Made by a program: the position numbers and the translations under genes. A stretch of 64,000 nt of DNA from Antedon mediterranea. Lineage: Eukaryota > Animalia > Echinodermata. The number at the start of each line of letters is the position of its first letter. Position 1 is the stretch's first letter. The notes beneath the pieces are model-generated. The model was given only the letters and a program-made list of their open reading frames with translations. It was not told the DNA's origin and ran no database searches. Positions 57,401 to 64,000 of the stretch are shown piece by piece. The stretch is taken from assembly GCF_964355755.1 (NCBI RefSeq), contig NC_092680.1, positions 1,054,001 to 1,118,000 on the forward strand, in the 5' to 3' direction.

Positions 57401-60367
57401 TCATCATTATCATCATATTCTAAAAAAGAATATTATGTAAACACTATTGTATATGTTATGTTACTTTATATTATTCTAATTTTTTTAAATAGTCTTTTAC
57501 TTTGAAATTGTACAAAAAAACAAAGAAAGCATCATTCAGAAACATTCTATTTGAAAATGTGAAAATACATTCTATCTCACAACATTAAACTTACCTATGC
57601 ATACGACTCCGGCGTCGTCTGCGTGACTGCACGTGTCATCGTCAGCGGTATCGGTATACCTACACGCACTCAGGTAGTTTTCAGATCCGTCACACCTAAA
57701 TTTCTTGAAGTGTATAGGTCCGTCACCTTCACCGTAATAAGCGTTTTTCTTGGCTGCCAATGCCCCATCGTATCCCAATTGTCGACACACGACCTCGGCA
57801 TCTTCTATGGTCCATTTTTGATCGCAAATCGTTCCCCATTCCCCATCAGCATAAACCTCAACACGTCCATTGTGATCATCTTCCCCATCTCGTAATCTAA
57901 CTGGCAAATACTCAGGGAATTCATCTGGCAAATAAACAAATAAATCTATCATAAGTTGTAATGTTTGAGTGACTGTTTTTCTTAATGTTTTGGATGGAAG
58001 AAATGGTAAACGGTTCTGGGGAGAAACGGTCCGCAGAATAATGTCACCATCGGGTAGCAAGTGTCCAGGAGGGGAAATACTGGACGAAATATCTAAGATA
58101 GAACTAACTACATTTACCATGTGGTATTGTGTTTACAGTGACAGGGTATGGTTTGTTTGACGGAAAAGGAGATACGATGAAAGTTGAAACGCTTACCAGT
58201 ATTATCACCATCACTGCATTCAATATAAACTGAACTATATAATACGTCACAATATTGCTGATACAGGCCATCGTAATCACAGTCGAGTAAACTTGATTCT
58301 GTACCAGTACATTCTATGTCGGTTATCCAACTCCAACAAGTACTATAATCGTTATCGAAATAAAATTCTACGGCCCACTGAAAACCTAGCTGTTTACAGG
58401 CAACATTAGCGTCGTTCATGTTGAAATCAGCCGGACACACCGAACCCCAGAGGCCTCTGTACATGATGTCAAGCTGTCCCCAAGACCCGTCTGAGTTATG
58501 GCTGGTCAGGCGTAGAAAACCATCCTCTTAAAGAAGAACACAACTTATTATAAAAATGACAGGATCAGATATTCTGAAAAGATCTAGATATTTCTTATCT
58601 TTACTATGTAGGATTTCCATCAACATCTTTTTAACAATGCTATTATAACTGTCGAAACATTACCACTCAACGAAACCCCTTATCATAATCATTTCTATCA
58701 TAATCATTTCTATCATAATCATTTCTATTATAATAATTTCTATCATAATCATTTCTATCATAATCATTTCTATCATAATCATTTCTATTATAATCATTTC
58801 TATCATAATCATTTCTATCATAATCATTTCTATTATAATCATTTCTATCATAATCATTTCTATCATAATCATTTTTATCATAGTCATCATCATAATTATA
58901 CATAATTAATCAACGTACCTGGTTGGATATCATCAGTTTCACACACTACACCCGCGTCCTCATAATGTGAACAGTCGTGGTTATAATAGCCTGCGTTTTC
59001 ACAATTATAAACTGCATCCTCATTACCATAGCATTCGACATCATCCAAGTAGATTGGACCTGAACCAGCGCCATAAAAAGCCACCGGATTGGCCTGAAAG
59101 GCCCATGCATAACCCAATTGCCTAAGAAAGATAAGTATTGGGCCTACTAATCAGTGAGGTGGTATTTCAATATATACCGCAAAAAGGATTAAACCAGCAT
59201 TGTACAAAGTAGTCCTACCATTTCAACTACAAACAAAGGTAAGCTTAACTGTTGACCCATAAAACCAGATTAAATACCAGCACGCTCAAAATGCGATTAT
59301 AGAGTTTTTTTACATGAAAATTGTGTTGCTTTTTGAGATAATAATTAAAGTGATCTATATAACTTACTTGCAAACAACATCTGCATCAGTTATGCCCCAG
59401 TTGTCGTCACAGATCGTACCCCATCCGTCAATGTAGTATATTTCCACTCGGCCCTCATTCGGGACTGAACCACCAACCAGTCGAATATCTCCATACTCCG
59501 GATTGTCTATGCGAGGAAATAATTTATTATAATAGAAATAAATGCATGACAAAATGTAGAATTGTCTAATAAATACATTATATATTATAAGTGTTTATTC
59601 AAATAAGTCATTGATGTAAGTGTAGATACACATTGTGTTAATGTTATGTAAATAATGATACCGAGATACTAAGCAATATATAATCGGTACAAATAAAATT
59701 TAAAAAAAATAAAATTTAAAAAAAAAAAAAAAATAAAAAAATAAAATAAAAAAGATACCAAGATACTAAGCAATATATAATCGGTTCTTATGGTTTTTTT
59801 GTAAGTATAAAAATGGTGCGTGTAAACTGTTAGTGTAAAGTTATTTCATGTTTTTGGATATAAATGAAATTCATATTTCAATTATGGGTATGATAAAATA
59901 TAGAATTGTCTAATACATAATATACAAGTGTTTATTAAAATAAGTCGTTGATGTAAGTGTAGATACACTTTGTGTTAATGTTATGTAAATAATGATACCC
60001 GAGATATACTAAGCAATATATAATCGGTTCTTATGCTTTTTTGTAAGTACAAAAATGGTGCGTGTAAAGTTATTTCCTGTTTCTGGATATAAATGAAAAT
60101 CTATATTTCAATTTATTAAAGAAAGGGAAATGGGAAGGGACAATATATACAGCGATATTCAACAGAAATATGTATGGTAAACGCTCTTGTTATAATATCA
60201 ACATTGAGTGACTAATTAATATAAATATCGTTAATATAAAATTTCTTTTTGCTGTAACTCATTGGTATAAAGGAATTAAGAAGAAGGAATTGTACCAACT
60301 TACCAGTACAAATTGCTTGATCTGCTACATAACCTAATACAAGTATTATAATCCACAATCTAGCCAT
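51407..60367 (-). CDS. Type-I membrane protein: signal peptide, 3 SRCR domains, acidic linker, 9 EGF repeats, Thr-rich stalk, TM helix, multi-Tyr tail
   Basis: Exons: 60304-60367 ([22 protein letters not shown]); SRCR1 59368-59506 + 58919-59121; SRCR2 58197-58526; SRCR3 57595-57924 ([37 protein letters not shown]); linkers 57366-57419 and 57218-57271; EGF 56755-56862, 56437-56547, 56024-56146, 55358-55474, 54903-55019, 54392-54514, 53953-54072, 53699-53815, 53271-53384; stalk 52576-52704; TM 52152-52236; tail 51908-51958 and 51407-51614. Confidence 0.88.
52853..53140 (-). mobile_element. Degenerate L2-like LINE 3' fragment
   Basis: Minus strand reads [26 protein letters not shown], resembling the L2 ORF2 end (YGxRAFSxAAPRLWN..LKTHLF), and ends in a (TGAT)n tail. 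Confidence 0.55.
55594..55927 (+). mobile_element. tRNA-derived SINE with V-domain-like core and (AAAC)n tail
   Basis: A box TGGCCGAGCGG, B box GGTTCGAAGC, paired gagtgag/ctcactc stem. The core cggataaggactataaaccgtaggtcc...ttaaagaacc...gagtagagggttaccccggtgt resembles the V-SINE consensus as I recall it. Microsatellite tail. Confidence 0.8.
58682..58893. repeat. 15-bp minisatellite (atcataatcatttct), about 13 copies, between the SRCR1 and SRCR2 exons
   Basis: Directly visible. Confidence 0.92.
59553..60112. repeat. ~345-bp intronic tandem duplication
   Basis: tagaattgtctaat..gatgtaagtgtagatacac..gcaatatataatcggttcttatg..aaaaatggtgcgtgtaaa occurs twice. Confidence 0.85.
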
Positions 60368-62289
60368 CTCTAGGTTTGAATGTTTGAAGAAAATGTCAAG
60401 ACTGATCAAAATCGCTGTCTAAGTTAATAAATTGTTCGTATAAGTTATCTCTGATCGATTATTTGGATGAATTTAAATGTTGATAACACAGTAAAGTATT
60501 CCTGTTTGATATTCGTTATTAGGTATGCGGACGATCCGATGACTAACTCTTTTTTAATTAAACTTAAGTCTTCCACACAAATATATAATAACCTGTTGTT
60601 GAGCTCATGCAACGCTGTTTCTACATTTAACTTGTTTAAATGGAAAGATGCATGGATGAATACGCCGAAAGAAATAGAAGGAATGCGTCAATCAGGCTTC
60701 AACAAAGAAAGACTTAAGTATAGCCTATAAATAAACCTGAAAAACAATTAGGCATTAACGTCATCAGAAACAATGAAAACATAGAAATAAATTGACTCAA
60801 GGCTTAAGTATGAAAGAGTAAGGTGGATTACTCATCAATCTAAAATGCTACATTCACACTTCCTGGAAAATGTTATCAAGAAGTGATCGGCACCAAAATG
60901 TCAAGTAAATGTCAAGAAACAATACTAGAAAAGGAAATCTTAAGATATAATAATAGTATAATATCAATAATAACAATAACTTTATTTGGATTTACGGTTT
61001 TGCACCAGCAGCGGCACAAACCAATCGGTAGTGCATCCTACAGTAAGTATAAAATCATACGAAACCAATATCAAAAGTACAGTATTTAACAATACAATCA
61101 AAATAAACAAGAAAAAAGAATTACAAAAAAAAGTTAAGATAGATAAGGGCCACAGATCGTCTCTGGTGAAGATCGTAGTATATAGAGGAGGAGAGAAACC
61201 ACACAGAAAATCGGCTTTCTAAAGCAAATTTAGGTAATTTTATTCAGTTTACAGGTTTACAGTCAATTATTACTACATTCCATTGTGTGCTGTTAAATTG
61301 ATTCCTCAACATCGCTTTAATCACTGAGGAACAAAAGGCAATAAATTGTTTGTAGGCAAACAAATATCAATTGGTCATATAAATACAGTATTTTGCAATG
61401 CGCAGTAGTTATGTCTGAAATAATAATACGTATTGTTTTTTAATGTTTCCAAACGGTAATCAAATAAAGTTGCAATTGCCTCGATCGACGTTTCTCAGTT
61501 GTTATGCTAAACCGGCTTCTTGATTAATACTCTTGTTGAACAACAACCGAAACGTAGACATTCTTTACCTCACTTTTCACTTTTAAAAACACATGGTTCG
61601 CCACAAACTATTATACTCTATTCCTATCGCATTGTATCTATAAAACACAAATTCGTCATCACTGTTAAAATGAACAGGTTATTCGTGGCGTTGAACTACC
61701 TGTTTATTCATGCATTTCTAGAGACTGACGTCGGCTTTGAATACCCGAATACCATAAATGGCAAAATTCGTTGAGGTCGATGAAGTGTAACTTATATAAC
61801 TTTGTCATTATTGTTTAAAGGTTTGCATGGCGAATAAACACGACATAAACATACCTTTACTAGTACTTTGTTATAGTAGGAATTAGTTAAGCATAAAAAA
61901 AAACCAAACTTAGAACCGAAATTGGCTTTTGTACGGTGAACGATGCGGGTTACCTATTATGGTTAATAATACAACAAAAATAAATGCTTGTAACGTTTGA
62001 CTTGCATTACAAAAATACGATGATCTCATAAAAATCATAATTATTATTAGAAGAAGCATCGTCAGAACTAATCCAGTTTAATAATCCAGTTTAATCCCGT
62101 TATTATCAATTATGTTATGCTTTCAATCTAGCTTGGAAGGGGAACTACAAGAAAAAGGAGGGTTCGCTCTTGAAAACTTTTTCTAGTTACGAACTTGCTG
62201 AATGTTGTATTTTGTTATTCCAATTCTTGTTCATCGATTCCTTATGCGCAATTGTTCTGTGGATTCAACAAAGTGTGGTCGATGAGTTG

Positions 62290-63839
62290 TTAAATTTCAC
62301 TGTAAATGTAGATACATAATATAGTTTATTTACTATTTTATCAAAGAGTTTTTTTTCTTATTCTTCGAGTTTCATTCCTATAACATTTTGGGGGATGGTA
62401 TTACAGTAGGAGCATACTCAAACTTAAATACGATAAACTGTAGATTTGGTTAAATATATACAGTATTTCCTCATAAAAAATAAATAGTAGTGGTTCTGGT
62501 TGAGAATGGATGCCTATGTTCAATTTAATTCAATGTAAATTTGATAAAGAATGTTATCATTGTGTTGTTTAGAAACAGCAATAGGCCTACTATGGCGAAT
62601 GAAACATCGTTAGGCTTACCTAAGCTCATTGTCTTCTTGGTCTTTATCTCCGTTTGGAATTGGTTTAGGTGATCTATTACTGTATAAAGTATACAAAATT
62701 AATAAGATAGTTAGATATAGAAATGTAATCAGTAAATGAAATCTTAAATAGGCCTATTTTTTTATTTGACACATCCTTAAAACGGTATTGTTAGCATATA
62801 CATATTGGAAGACCTTAATTAACCGGTTCTCGTTAAGCTGTAAATTGTTAGGCCGGTAATACACAGTTTAACTTCTGTGGGTAAATAAAAGAACAAAGTA
62901 AAAAAACCTACCTCAATTTATTGTGAATGACACAAACTGAAATTATTAATAAAATAACTATAAAAACAGCTCCGCCACAAGCACCAGCAATAATACCTGT
63001 AAATCAATTAACAAAACATAAGTTTGGCTTTTTTAATTTGATTTTGATACCATTATTTTATCCTGAAAACGGTATAAAAACGACTATTTAAGAATGTTTA
63101 CGTTACGTACCTATTTGAAGATCAGATGTCTTTTCTTCGGTGTATGTGATGGTGATGATGATCGTGGTACTATTATCTACAATTAAGAACAAAACAAGTT
63201 ATTATTTTACTTATAATTCCTTAATATGTTTTATGTAAGAACATTTTAACTTATAATGTTGTTTTTAACAAAACATACAAACAAGCGACGAGTGGAATTA
63301 CACTCTTCCCTACAAACACACAAAATACAAATCGCTCCATTAATATGACTCATTGTCTCGTGATTACACACAAGCAACAAAACTTGGTTAATTGGTTTAC
63401 AAAATAGAAAGTAACATGTACATTTTACCTTCGATGGTCGTGGGTGTCTCGGTGGTCCCTTCAGTATCACTTGTGGTACCTTCAGTATCACTTGTGGTAC
63501 CTTCAGTAGCACTTGTGGTACCTTCAGTAGCACTTGTGGTACCTTCAGTATCACTTGTGGTACCTTCAGTATCACTTGTGGTACCTTCAGTAGCACTTGT
63601 GGTACCTTCAGTAGCACTTGTGGTACCTTCAGTAGCACTTGTGGTACCTTCAGTAGCGATTGTGGTACCTTCAGTATCACTTGTGGTACCTTCAGTAGTA
63701 CTTGTGGTACCTTCAGTAGCACTTGTGGTACCTTCAGTAGCACTTGTGGTACCTTCAGTATCACTTGTGGTACCTTCAGTAGTACTTGTGGCACCTGCTT
63801 TATTGCAATCCATCATCAATAGTTGTGTCTCAATCAATG
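62290..63839 (-). CDS. 3' part of a third paralogous type-I membrane protein: (TTSATEG)n mucin stalk, TM helix, short tail; gene continues beyond the window
   Basis: Exons 63429-63839 (acceptor may instead be at ~63793), 63111-63176 (..EEKTSDLQI, cf. [10 protein letters not shown]), TM 62912-62996 (GIIAGACGGAVFIVILLIISVCVIHNKLS), 62620-62679 (NRSPKPIPNG.., cf. SPKPAL), tentative last exon 62290-62299 (SEI*). Exon phases match the SRCR gene. Confidence 0.75.
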
Positions 63840-63926
63840 CTGTATAATATACAATATTAATATTTAAATAACCCGTTTATTGAAATTATTAATAGTCTAA
63901 CATTAATAGAACCCTATTCGAAACAC

Positions 63927-64000
63927 AACAGTGTGTCCCTTACAGTGTTCCTTAAATAGGTTGGCAACAGTGTGTCCCTTACAGTGTTCCTTAAATAGGT
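63927..64000. repeat. 40-bp tandem repeat running off the window end
   Basis: aacagtgtgtcccttacagtgttccttaaataggt occurs twice. Confidence 0.8.

Noticed and set aside
60467-60730. 87-aa plus-strand ORF upstream of the SRCR gene
   Set aside because: No recognisable domain or splice context; not supportable without a search.
63246-63847. ORFs (KVPQVLL)n and (VVPSVAL)n
   Set aside because: Alternative frames of the TTSATEG mucin exon.

Overview
AT-rich, intron-containing animal genomic DNA, most likely an invertebrate deuterostome such as an echinoderm (inferred from gene and repeat content, not proven). The left ~15 kb holds two conserved minus-strand genes that can be fully spliced by hand: MCPH1/microcephalin (2043-9752) and COX5B (13184-14656). 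The rest is a fast-evolving cell-surface/secreted gene cluster. On the plus strand is a tandem pair of CUB-WSC-mucin-F5/8C genes; the second copy has lost CUB by exon decay. On the minus strand is a tandem family of three related type-I membrane proteins. The best lead is the paralog at 32714-49233. It has a signal-peptide exon homologous to its SRCR-bearing neighbour, but in place of three SRCR domains it carries a single 144-codon Gly/His/Ser/Asp/Trp repeat exon that the ORF track misses. This head sits on 31 single-exon EGF repeats expanded as higher-order cassettes, followed by a TM helix and a Tyr-motif tail. Harbinger-like and Kolobok-like MITEs, a Helentron-like element, a tRNA-derived SINE, LINE remnants, a probable solo LTR and minisatellites are interspersed. 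Exon coordinates were read manually and family assignments come from recalled motifs, not database searches.
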